From: Pseudomonadota bacterium
GTDB taxonomy: Bacteria > Bdellovibrionota_B > Oligoflexia > Oligoflexales > CAIYRB01
DNA: 64,000 bases
Direction: 5' to 3'
Assembly (NCBI GenBank): GCA_026390445.1
Contig: JAPLFX010000031.1
Location: 31,768-95,767, forward strand
In this document: positions 19,260 to 27,956 of the stretch, piece after piece
How the letters are laid out: every line of letters starts with the position of its first letter
How positions within the stretch are numbered: position 1 is the first letter of the stretch
Notes under the pieces: model-generated
Database searches by the model: none
Told to the model about the DNA's origin: nothing
Seen by the model: the letters and a program-made list of their open reading frames with translations, nothing else
Position numbers and translations under genes: made by a program

Positions 19260-20420
19260 GTGGACGTCAGAACATTCGAAGCCTTCTCGATGAAGGACGC
19301 AGTAAAATCCGTCAAAAAGACCCTTGGGGCTGATGCTGTCATCCTCTCGACCAAAGAAAAGCCGGCACCAGGCGGTAAGGGCACAGTGTACGAGGTCACT
19401 GCTGCGTCGGCCCAAAGCGACCGCCGTTCAGGAATGAACGGGGCTCGGGCCCAAAACGAGCAAGCTCAAGCTCCCAGCATGACGACCGAGTTAGACCACT
19501 TGAGCGGCCAGCTCGCCACTCTTGCGGCGAGTCTTCCCACTCGCGGACAGGTCCAAGCACTCGAGGCTGGGATGCAAGAACTCAAGCTGTTGATGATCGA
19601 GACCCTGCGGCACAAAGACGGCTCGATGCTCAAAGACCTGCCCGCAGACATGGTACCAACAGAGCGCCAACTCAGTGTCATGGGCATCAGCGAGCCGACC
19701 ATGGTCGACCTAACTCGCCACCTACGTTCGCTTCCTGCCCCGGATAAAGACGGCGAAGCCTACTACCGAGATCAGGCCATCCGGTGGATGATGAAGCGCA
19801 TTAAGATCGCCCCGAGGTGGAACATCATGCCTGGCACCGTCTCCTACCAGGGTCTGGTCGGACCAACGGGAGTCGGCAAAAGTGCACTGGTTGCAAAGCT
19901 TGCAGCGCATTATGCCATGCGGGAGAAACATAAAGTCGCAGTGGTATCGCTCGATAACCATCGTCTGGCAGCCAGCGATCAAATGCGCATCTTTTGTAAG
20001 ATCATCAACGTCCCATTCCTTGCCGCCAACGCCCCAGAAGATCTCCTAAATGTCCATGAAACCTTTCGCGGTACGGAATTGGTTTTGATCGATACGGCTG
20101 GGGTTAGTCCAAAAAACAAAGCTGGTATTGACGCCCTATCAGCGGTGAAAGAACTTAGCCTACCTATTGATTTCCACCTGTGCCTCTCCAGCACAGAAAG
20201 TCCTGCACAACTCGATCATGAAGTCAGATCGTTTCTGTCGACCGGGCTGAGCACGCTGATCTTTAGCAAACTCGACGAAAGCTGGGCTTATGGCGAGATT
20301 TTCAATCTCTCTAAAACGTGGAGTTTGCCCCTCAGTTTCTTCTCCATAGGTCAGCAAATTCCTGATGATATCGAGCGAGCTAGCCGCGAGCGAGTGATCG
20401 AGCGGATTTTTGGTTTGTAA
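19260..20420 (+). CDS. flhF: flagellar placement SRP-type GTPase FlhF
   Basis: GTG start. N-terminal B-domain DAVKSVKKTLGADAVILSTKEK, G1 GPTGVGKS, DTAG and SKLDE. Confidence 0.9.
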   Translation: MDVRTFEAFSMKDAVKSVKKTLGADAVILSTKEKPAPGGKGTVYEVTAASAQSDRRSGMNGARAQNEQAQAPSMTTELDHLSGQLATLAASLPTRGQVQALEAGMQELKLLMIETLRHKDGSMLKDLPADMVPTERQLSVMGISEPTMVDLTRHLRSLPAPDKDGEAYYRDQAIRWMMKRIKIAPRWNIMPGTVSYQGLVGPTGVGKSALVAKLAAHYAMREKHKVAVVSLDNHRLAASDQMRIFCKIINVPFLAANAPEDLLNVHETFRGTELVLIDTAGVSPKNKAGIDALSAVKELSLPIDFHLCLSSTESPAQLDHEVRSFLSTGLSTLIFSKLDESWAYGEIFNLSKTWSLPLSFFSIGQQIPDDIERASRERVIERIFGL

Positions 20421-20434
20421 GCAGAGGAGAGCGC

Positions 20435-21295
20435 GTGTCGAGTATCCGGATGATAAATGGTGGAGCAAGAGCTCCTCAAGTGCTCGCGATCACCAGCGGT
20501 AAGGGCGGCGTTGGGAAAACCCTAACAACCGTCAATCTTGCAATGGCGGCGCGGCGCTTAGGCAAGTCGGTGCTGATTTTTGACGGCGACATGGGACTCG
20601 CCAACGTCGACATTGTTTTAGGGCTGAAGTCTCGCTACAATATCAGAGATGTTCTCGACGGTCATGCCGCTCTCAAAGACATCGTGATCAAGGGCCCTCT
20701 TGGCGTCGATCTCATCCCCTCCGGCTCCGGCATCGCCAGTCTCACTCGACTCAGCCACGTGCAAAAGCAACAGATCATTGAGCAGATTAGTCAGTTGGAT
20801 CACCACTACGACCTCATATTGATCGATACCGGTGCCGGTATCGCCGACAGCGTGACTCACTTTTGCAAAGCTGCCGATCAGACTTTGGTCGTTACCACCC
20901 CGGAACCACACGCCATGACCGACGCCTACGCTTTGATCAAGGTACTCGCCGAAGACCACGGGGTAAAGAGCCTGCACTTGCTCGTCAATCAAACCAGGTC
21001 CGAAGGTGAGGGTCTAAAGATCCTGACACGAATCGCCGATGTAGCCATGCGCTTTCTCGACGTTCGAGTGCATTCTGCCGGTCATGTTCCCTTCGATCCT
21101 CAGGTGACTAAATCCGTGATGCTGCGCCGCGCGGCGACGGAAGAATCCACCCACACGATCGCAGGTCAGGCGTGGGGGCAAACGGCAAGGCGGCTATTTG
21201 GCGGCCCAGAAGCGCCAAGGTCTCACGGTGATGTTCAAGAGTTCTGGCGCAGCCTCCTGTGGCAGCAGCCATCCCGCGCGGAAGGAGTGTCATGA
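20435..21295 (+). CDS. flhG: MinD/ParA-type flagellar number regulator FlhG (FleN/YlxH)
   Basis: Deviant Walker A SGKGGVGKT, ILIDTGAG, and position between flhF and fliA. Confidence 0.88.
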   Translation: MSSIRMINGGARAPQVLAITSGKGGVGKTLTTVNLAMAARRLGKSVLIFDGDMGLANVDIVLGLKSRYNIRDVLDGHAALKDIVIKGPLGVDLIPSGSGIASLTRLSHVQKQQIIEQISQLDHHYDLILIDTGAGIADSVTHFCKAADQTLVVTTPEPHAMTDAYALIKVLAEDHGVKSLHLLVNQTRSEGEGLKILTRIADVAMRFLDVRVHSAGHVPFDPQVTKSVMLRRAATEESTHTIAGQAWGQTARRLFGGPEAPRSHGDVQEFWRSLLWQQPSRAEGVS

Positions 21296-22050
21296 AAGGT
21301 CTTGTCAAACGCTACAAGCAAGACACACAGGGCGTCGATGGCAAGCTGCGCGATCAGCTGATCATGGACTACGCTCCGCTTATCCGCTTTGTCGCCCAGC
21401 GCATCGCGGCCAGGTTACCGTCCAATATCGACATCGACGATCTCATTAGCGCCGGAGTCATCGGCCTCATGGACGCGATCGAAAAATACGACCCTAGCCG
21501 CGACAACAAATTCAAGACCTACGCTGAGTTCCGTATCCGGGGCGCAATCCTCGATGAACTTCGCTCGCAGGACTGGGTACCCCGAAGCGTGCGCGACAAG
21601 GCCAAGAAAATCGAGCGAACGTATCAAGAGCTTGAACAGCGCTTCGGACGAGCCGTCAGCGACTCAGAGGTGTCTGAATCCATGGGCATGTCGCTTGATG
21701 GCTACCATGGGATGGTGGCCAAGGTGAAGGCCGTCACCATGCTGTCGATCGATGAACTGACCGGACCCAGTCAGCATGATCGCAAGAGCCTACTCGAATG
21801 CTTGGAGAACGTCGGATCGAAGAACCCATTCACGCAGATGAAGAGCAAAGGCGTCCGGCAGCTGCTCATGAAGAACATTGAGGAACTACCCGAAAAGCAA
21901 AAGCTCGTGCTGTCGCTATATTACTACGAGGACTTAAACCTCAAAGAGATCGGCAAAATCCTCGAGGTCACGGAATCGCGTGTGAGTCAGCTACACACTC
22001 AAGCGGTGATTCGACTGCGCGCTAAGCTAAAGAATGTCCTCATCGACTAA
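21292..22050 (+). CDS. fliA: flagellar sigma factor FliA (sigma-28)
   Basis: ATG 21292 is preceded by GGAAGGAG and overlaps the flhG stop (ATGA). Region 2 is DDLISAGVIGLMDAIEKYD. Region 4 is LSLYYYEDLNLKEIGKILEVTESRVSQLH. Confidence 0.9.
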   Translation: MKGLVKRYKQDTQGVDGKLRDQLIMDYAPLIRFVAQRIAARLPSNIDIDDLISAGVIGLMDAIEKYDPSRDNKFKTYAEFRIRGAILDELRSQDWVPRSVRDKAKKIERTYQELEQRFGRAVSDSEVSESMGMSLDGYHGMVAKVKAVTMLSIDELTGPSQHDRKSLLECLENVGSKNPFTQMKSKGVRQLLMKNIEELPEKQKLVLSLYYYEDLNLKEIGKILEVTESRVSQLHTQAVIRLRAKLKNVLID

Positions 22051-22087
22051 AACCCATGCCCTTTCGAATTTAGGTTAAGGAGTTCCT

Positions 22088-22507
22088 ATGGCCGTAGGTC
22101 AACCCGACATGAAGATCCTCGTGGTCGACGACTTTCCGACGATGCGACGGATCGTCAAAACCCTATTTCGCCAAAACGGCTTCAGCGACTTTATGGAAGC
22201 GGAGGACGGTGCACAAGCTTACGAGCTACTAAAAAAGAATCCACAGATCGAATTCATCGTCTCTGACTGGAACATGCCCAATATGACCGGCATCGAGTTT
22301 CTCAAGGCGGTACGCGCTGATCCCAAGTTCAAGCACCTCCCTTTTCTCATGGTTACTGCGGAAGCAGAAAAGGAAAACATCATAGAAGCGGTGAAGAGCG
22401 GCGTTAGCAACTACGTTGTCAAACCATTCACTGGCCAAACTCTGGCAGAAAAGCTCGCAAAGATCTTCCAAAACCATGGGGTTAAACCGGCCAAAGCCGC
22501 CAGCTAA
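22088..22507 (+). CDS. cheY: chemotaxis response regulator CheY
   Basis: KILVVDDFPTMRR, acceptor context FIVSDWNMPNMTG, MVTAEA and VVKPFT. The start is either 22088 or ATG 22109. Confidence 0.92.
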   Translation: MAVGQPDMKILVVDDFPTMRRIVKTLFRQNGFSDFMEAEDGAQAYELLKKNPQIEFIVSDWNMPNMTGIEFLKAVRADPKFKHLPFLMVTAEAEKENIIEAVKSGVSNYVVKPFTGQTLAEKLAKIFQNHGVKPAKAAS

Positions 22508-22522
22508 ATAGGAGTTCTGCCT

Positions 22523-23062
22523 ATGCCTTCAGACATCTTGAATCCGTTAGCTTCCGCCGAGGTGGTCATTTCAGTAAATGAGAGCATCGACCTGTCCCTT
22601 GCTGTCCCTGGGCTAAGCGATGCATTGAGTACGGCAAACCTAGACGGTGAGGCGCCGCCGCTGCCAACCGGATTCGACGAGGACCTGATTAAAAAGTACC
22701 CGCGTTCAAACCGCAAAGTCGCGGTCGATGTCGCCACCTATGGACTAGTCGAGCGCGCCGGTGAGCAGCGAGCGCAAACCCTGCACATCAGTCCACACGG
22801 CCTCGAGTTCCAAGGCACACAGGCCTATGCTGAAGGAACTCTACTCAAAATTCACATCTCTCTACCCGACTACTGGAATCGCAAACAGCGATTTGTCGAA
22901 TATCGCCGTGTCGATACGCCTGGCACCTTTAAAGTGCTGGCAAAAGTCGTACGCACAGAAGACGTCGGCAAGCGCGGCAAAAAGAAGATTGTCGTCGCCC
23001 AAGTGGTCAATATGGACGAAGTCGACGAACAAGTCCTAAAATCATTTCTGCAAGACGGTTGA
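22523..23062 (+). CDS. PilZ-like domain protein with degenerate c-di-GMP motifs
   Basis: YPRSNRKV (RxxR-K instead of RxxxR) and HISPHGLEF (xxSxxG), followed by a beta-barrel-like C-terminus. It lies immediately after cheY. Confidence 0.5.
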   Translation: MPSDILNPLASAEVVISVNESIDLSLAVPGLSDALSTANLDGEAPPLPTGFDEDLIKKYPRSNRKVAVDVATYGLVERAGEQRAQTLHISPHGLEFQGTQAYAEGTLLKIHISLPDYWNRKQRFVEYRRVDTPGTFKVLAKVVRTEDVGKRGKKKIVVAQVVNMDEVDEQVLKSFLQDG

Positions 23063-23066
23063 ACCT

Positions 23067-23672
23067 ATGACAATGATTCTGCTGGCCGCATTGATCCTGC
23101 TCGACCTTGGGCTGATTGTCGTCGTCGCACGGCTCAGCCAAAGGCAAGGCAATAGCCAGCTCGAACTCGCCGAAGAGCGGCAATTGCTGGGCGAACTACG
23201 CAGCTCAGTGAAAGAAGAGCTCGAAGCGGCGCAAGCTAAAGCCAGGGCCACGCTAGATAAGGCGATGCGACTCGCCACCGAGGCAGAGCAAGAGGTAAAG
23301 ACCGGCGGCCTGACACTTGCCCATGAAATGGAGCAGGTTGCGGCCCAACTAAGCGGACAGTTTGAAGAGCCTCTACGTGAGCTAGGCAAGCGCCAGACCT
23401 ATCTAGAAGCTCTACTGCGCCGCATTGATGGTGAAAAAGTCAGCCTACAAAAACTTCTCGCTAGAGGCGAGAAGATCTGTCGCTTCTTCGATAACCGAGT
23501 GCCCTACGAGGAAGTCCTGGCAGAAATCGAAGACAAGAAGTATGCCGACGCGCGCAGCCTACTTGCCCGCGGCAAAGCGCCAGCGCAGATCGCTTCCGAG
23601 CTAGGCATGAGCGAAACCGAAGTCCGCCTCGTCGCTGGTCTAACGCCTCGAACACCGGCGTCATTGGGCTAA
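23067..23672 (+). CDS. membrane-anchored coiled-coil protein with C-terminal HTH-like segment (DUF2802-like architecture)
   Basis: N-terminal TM MILLAALILLDLGLIVVVA, a long charged helical region, and the C-terminal LLARGKAPAQIASELGMSETEVRLVAGL. It is the last gene of the flagellar cluster. Confidence 0.4.
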   Translation: MTMILLAALILLDLGLIVVVARLSQRQGNSQLELAEERQLLGELRSSVKEELEAAQAKARATLDKAMRLATEAEQEVKTGGLTLAHEMEQVAAQLSGQFEEPLRELGKRQTYLEALLRRIDGEKVSLQKLLARGEKICRFFDNRVPYEEVLAEIEDKKYADARSLLARGKAPAQIASELGMSETEVRLVAGLTPRTPASLG

Positions 23673-23697
23673 CGTCGGTGTCACGACCATGCCATGC

Positions 23698-24441
23698 TTA
23701 GTTGGCGACGACTTTGTATGTATTCGGCAGACTGCTATCTAAGTAGCGTTGAAAGGCATCGTTATGCCCGTGGTCTTGCTGGCCATCGGCAGTAATAATG
23801 CGCGTGAATTGATAGTCTGGGACCTGGGTTTTGAAAAACGAGCTTTTGCGGGTCCAAAGTCCATCGTCATGAAAATCCATCGTGAACTCGGCAAGCCACT
23901 TCGGTACCTTTACCGTCCTACCTGCGAGATTCAATACCGGAACGATGTCCGCATGCTGATAGTCAGCCGAAAAATTAATCTCGTAGATGAGATGCACGGC
24001 TACCATCAGCTGAAAGAAGTTCGCCCCAGAGGCATCGCCAACGTAGGTGTAGCAACCAGCGTCAAAAACCGGTAACGCTAGGCTGCGTTTGGTCTGCGGA
24101 TCATTGAACGCAGCATGAGCAAGCGTCAGTGCCTTGATTGGAAAGGCATCACCATCGGTCCACCAGATGCCGTCGAGAGAGTGAGGGACCCCATTTTCGC
24201 CTCTGCCCGGGGTCATATTTGTGGCGATCTCCGCCTTTGGAAATAATACTAGTTTGTAGGCATCGGCCTTTGGCAACTGTGACGCGGGTACATCCTCCCA
24301 GTTGCGAATATTGGCGGCGACCTCATTGCCACCGACTTTGTCAGCTGACTCAATGCTTGCCCCACCTTTAACCGCCGGTTTGCAGCCAAAAACCAGCATC
24401 ACGCCCACGCTGACAAGACTAAAGGTCCTCAGACTTCCCAT
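23698..24441 (-). CDS. hypothetical lipoprotein
   Basis: ATG 24441 gives MGSLRTFSLVSVGVMLVFGCKP (lipobox). No family motif is recognised. Confidence 0.5.
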   Translation of the reverse strand: MGSLRTFSLVSVGVMLVFGCKPAVKGGASIESADKVGGNEVAANIRNWEDVPASQLPKADAYKLVLFPKAEIATNMTPGRGENGVPHSLDGIWWTDGDAFPIKALTLAHAAFNDPQTKRSLALPVFDAGCYTYVGDASGANFFQLMVAVHLIYEINFSADYQHADIVPVLNLAGRTVKVPKWLAEFTMDFHDDGLWTRKSSFFKTQVPDYQFTRIITADGQQDHGHNDAFQRYLDSSLPNTYKVVAN

Positions 24442-24784
24442 CAACGAAACCCCCTCGGCCGCAGTTTTAAGTGATCTGCTCCAAAAGCGCGCCGTCAAGC
24501 GTGGGTCGTGATCCCAATATGCGCACTTTAAGCTGCCGACTGCTGGAGTTTTATTATTTTAGTTTATGCAAATAGCTAGGGCAAGGGATGCAGAGATAAA
24601 CACCGGGCCTGCTAGCAGAGGGGCTTCAAGGACGCCGCCGAAACTGCTTAAAATGTCAATAATACTAGATGATTAACGACTTTTGCGGTGCCTGTTGCGG
24701 TTTTATGTTAAGCAGGCCCCTACGCCGGTGTCCCCTTCCCAAAGTCGCCTTCTCAAGGACACCTTCTTTAGGTGAAATCAGCCG

Positions 24785-25276
24785 ATGCTAAAACTGCCAA
24801 AAAACGTCCTCACTAGTCCGACAGCTGCGGCTGTTGAAAAACTCTTTGTCAGCACCGAACAACGTCTGCGATTCGGTGGCAAAGTGACGATCTCGCGCTG
24901 GGTCTTTAGTCAAAAGGTGCGAGCGGCGCTCAGCGACGTCATCATCGGTCGGCACCTTGTGCAAAGCCTTGAAGTCATCGGCACGACGCTTGATCGTGAA
25001 CTGAAGGGGCTACTCGCCGTCCAGCAAAAGGCCGAAAAGGCACCAACCGAGCGACTCTCACGACTGCTGCTCCTGTCCAGTGACGGGAGCGACCGCTTCT
25101 ACCATGATGCGGAAAGTTTGCTGCTGCGCCACGGTCAGCGCACCTGGTGCTGTGTGCTTGACGCTACGGGTGAGCAGCTGGGGCATGCCATCAAACCTGG
25201 TGGTGCTGCGGCCAAAGCCCTGCTGATCGCCGACCGCAAGGCTTTGGAACTGTTTCTGCTAAGCCTGGTCCACTAG
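24785..25276 (+). CDS. hypothetical protein, possibly L7Ae/YlxQ-like RNA-binding fold
   Basis: The C-terminal pattern LLLLSSDGSD...GEQLGHAIKPGGAAAKALLIADRKAL resembles the L7Ae/YlxQ pattern (vllasDas...eeLG.AiGk...v.aI.D). The assignment is weak. Confidence 0.35.
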   Translation: MLKLPKNVLTSPTAAAVEKLFVSTEQRLRFGGKVTISRWVFSQKVRAALSDVIIGRHLVQSLEVIGTTLDRELKGLLAVQQKAEKAPTERLSRLLLLSSDGSDRFYHDAESLLLRHGQRTWCCVLDATGEQLGHAIKPGGAAAKALLIADRKALELFLLSLVH

Positions 25277-26163
25277 ATGGACGCGCTGTTTCGCTGACCA
25301 AGCAACGCCAAGCGCTGTGCCAGCGGCTGGTGATAGAGCAAAAGGCTCATCACCGACTTAGCCTCACCAGAAAATTTCAACGGCTGGACGAAAATTTCAC
25401 GGTAAGGTTGTGCCACCGGTGCTTTGAGCAAGGTTGTAAAGCCGCTGGTGAGCTGGGGCAAACCGAGGGTTTCACAAGCTTTTTGGTCGCAGCGAGCCTC
25501 GGCGCCTCGGGCATAAAAACGCAGCAGCAGCGACGCATAGGGAGTCAGCAGCATCTCCAAAAGCGGAACAAGAAACCCTTCCATCCCGTCGGTTGGTGTG
25601 TCGTCCTCTCCTGTGCGCAGTGATGTACCCAAAAAGGTTGCCAACATCCGCGTGGGAAACAGCGTGAAGATGGCGACAAAGCCTTGAAGTAGTTGCTGGG
25701 TGACGGCGTCACCTTGCTCAATGCGTGCCAACTGGTGCACGATGATCAAGTCAGCAGCTGGACCCGGTCCCAAGTCGACCAAACCCTGCGACAGAGCCAG
25801 TAACATGCCACGCTTTCGGCGACCAACGACAAAGGCATTGCAGCCGGTATTTTGATAGACACCCAGCTCTGGCACCTCGCTCAGACCGGCACGCTTGGCA
25901 AGGTGGACGACATGGCTCGACCATTCACCGTCGCTAAGCACATGCGTCATGGTCGCACCCATGGCGACATCTCGCGCAATATACCAGGTGATCAGGCAAC
26001 CAAACCAACTGAGGATCAGCCCAGTGCAGAGGACGCCGTGCTGACGAATACCAAGAAGCTGGATGGCACCAAGGTCCGTCAGCAGGAGTTCGATGATGTA
26101 AAACGAAAGGCCGATACAACCGGTCGCTAGGGCCAGATAGAAAAGGCGACGGAGAAAACTCAT
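25273..26163 (-). CDS. HtpX/M48-like membrane protein lacking the HExxH zinc motif
   Basis: GMLLALSQGLVDL...LIIVHQLARIEQGDAVTQQLLQGFV aligns with the HtpX pattern GMLAVSTGLL...[24 protein letters not shown] as I recall it, but reads HQLAR in place of HExxH. It has N-terminal TM helices. Its start overlaps the hydrolase stop (ATGA at 26160-26163). Confidence 0.65.
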   Translation of the reverse strand: MSFLRRLFYLALATGCIGLSFYIIELLLTDLGAIQLLGIRQHGVLCTGLILSWFGCLITWYIARDVAMGATMTHVLSDGEWSSHVVHLAKRAGLSEVPELGVYQNTGCNAFVVGRRKRGMLLALSQGLVDLGPGPAADLIIVHQLARIEQGDAVTQQLLQGFVAIFTLFPTRMLATFLGTSLRTGEDDTPTDGMEGFLVPLLEMLLTPYASLLLRFYARGAEARCDQKACETLGLPQLTSGFTTLLKAPVAQPYREIFVQPLKFSGEAKSVMSLLLYHQPLAQRLALLGQRNSASI

Positions 26164-26942
26164 GCGAGGGCCTTTGCAACGGCGTTGTACAGTGCTTGCG
26201 GCGCTTCGGCCAACAGTAGATGGCCGGCCCCCGGGAAAACCTGGAGGTTGGCGCCTTGTATATGCGCCTGTAGCTCTTCGCCAGCACTTAAAGCGATCAC
26301 TTCGTCCTCGGCGCCGTGCAGCACATAAGTCGGCGCCTTGATATGGCTGGCGGTCGCGGTCAGATCAACGCCCCTGATCGCCGCAACCTGCCGCTTACTT
26401 TGCTCGACGAAGGGACCTTCGGCGACGGCCTTGGCAACCTGCTTCGCCATACCTCTGACCAATGGACGGTTGCGCTCGAAGAATTGAGCGGTGAAATAGG
26501 TCCGCAGTTTAAGCTCCACCTCGGCGGGATCAGTCGTCCAAGGTCGTCGGTCTGGACTAATCAGCGCTTGGCGCATCGCTGTCGACACGAGAAAAAGCTG
26601 ACTGACCCTGGTCGCGGTGACTTCATCCCCAGCGATGGTTTGGGCGATAAATCCACCCATCGAGATCCCCAGCAATGCGCTCGTCGCAATGCCAAGGTGA
26701 TCCCATAAGGAGCTGACATCGGCGGCCATTTCGGCAAGGGTAAAGGCCGTTGTGGTCGTCGTCAAACCTGCGCCGCGATTGTCCAGGGCTAGAACACGAA
26801 ACCCTAGGGACGTCAGATGCCGACCAAGCATGCGAAAGTCAGTCAGTGGCCGTACGTGGCCATTCACCAGGGTCACCCAGGGACCGCCGTCGCCCCAGGT
26901 TTCGTAGTTGAGCACAGCGCCGGACCTGGCTAGCTGAGGCAT
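26160..26942 (-). CDS. alpha/beta-fold hydrolase
   Basis: LVNGH oxyanion region, nucleophile elbow GISMGGFIAQ, and C-terminal GAGHLLLAE (catalytic His). Confidence 0.8.
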   Translation of the reverse strand: MPQLARSGAVLNYETWGDGGPWVTLVNGHVRPLTDFRMLGRHLTSLGFRVLALDNRGAGLTTTTTAFTLAEMAADVSSLWDHLGIATSALLGISMGGFIAQTIAGDEVTATRVSQLFLVSTAMRQALISPDRRPWTTDPAEVELKLRTYFTAQFFERNRPLVRGMAKQVAKAVAEGPFVEQSKRQVAAIRGVDLTATASHIKAPTYVLHGAEDEVIALSAGEELQAHIQGANLQVFPGAGHLLLAEAPQALYNAVAKALA

Positions 26943-26960
26943 ACCATTTCCTACACGCTG

Positions 26961-27956
26961 TTAGAATTCTTCGTTAAAGGCCACGTCACCGCTGACACCG
27001 TGCTGATAGGACGAAACGCGGCGTTCAAAGAAGTTAGCCAACTCCTGAACGTCCTGCAACTCGAGAAAGCCAAAAGGATTTCTCACGTTGTATACGGGCC
27101 GAAGCTGCAGCGCCATCAGCCTCTGATCGGCGACATATTGCAGGTACTGACGCATCTCGCCCAGCGATAACCCGGCAATCCCATGCGACAGGACATCGGC
27201 GGCAAAGATCATTTCGCACTCAACCGCCTCATCTACCATCATGGCGATCTTACGCTTAAGTTCATCGTCAAAGAGACTTGGTTCTTCATCGCGAACCTGC
27301 TGGATCACTTCGAAGGCGAAGCTCATATGACAGCTTTCGTCGCGAAAGACCCAATTGGTACCGGCCGCGAGTCCGTGCAGCAGGCCCTTAGAGCGCAGAA
27401 AGTAGACATAGGCAAACGCCGCAAAAAAGAATAGGCCCTCGATACAGGTGGCAAAGCAGATGAGGTTCAGCAGAAACTGCCGACGGTCCTCAGGCGTATT
27501 CAACTGCTCAAGGTGATGGACCGAGTCCATCCAACGCATACAGAACTCACCCTTCTGACGAATCGACGGAATGTTATCGATCGCAGCGAAGGCCTCGGCT
27601 CGGTCCTTTTCGTTGTCGAGATAGGTATCAAGCAAGGTAAGATAAAACTGCACATGTAGCGCCTCTTCGTAGAGCTGGCGCGACAGGTACATGCGGGCTT
27701 CGGGCGAGTTGATATGCTTGTATAGATTGAGCACCAGATTATTCGAGACGATCGAATCTCCCGTAGCAAAAAACGCCACGAGACGATGGATGAGATGGCG
27801 CTCTGAGGCCGGCATCCGCCGCAGATCGGCGACATCGGTCGAAAAATCAACCTCATCTACGGTCCAGGTGTTTTTGATCGCACTGCGGTACATCTCGTAA
27901 AAGACCGGATATTTCATCGGTCTTAGGGTCAGATCTAGTCCAGGATCAAGTAGCAT
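26961..27956 (-). CDS. nrdB: class Ia ribonucleotide reductase beta subunit
   Basis: Diiron/tyrosyl ligand blocks EEALHVQFY and FRDESCHMSF, with a C-terminal acidic tail. ATG 27956 overlaps the nrdA TAA (TAATG). ATG 27965 and TTG 27974 are alternative starts. Confidence 0.93.
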   Translation of the reverse strand: MLLDPGLDLTLRPMKYPVFYEMYRSAIKNTWTVDEVDFSTDVADLRRMPASERHLIHRLVAFFATGDSIVSNNLVLNLYKHINSPEARMYLSRQLYEEALHVQFYLTLLDTYLDNEKDRAEAFAAIDNIPSIRQKGEFCMRWMDSVHHLEQLNTPEDRRQFLLNLICFATCIEGLFFFAAFAYVYFLRSKGLLHGLAAGTNWVFRDESCHMSFAFEVIQQVRDEEPSLFDDELKRKIAMMVDEAVECEMIFAADVLSHGIAGLSLGEMRQYLQYVADQRLMALQLRPVYNVRNPFGFLELQDVQELANFFERRVSSYQHGVSGDVAFNEEF

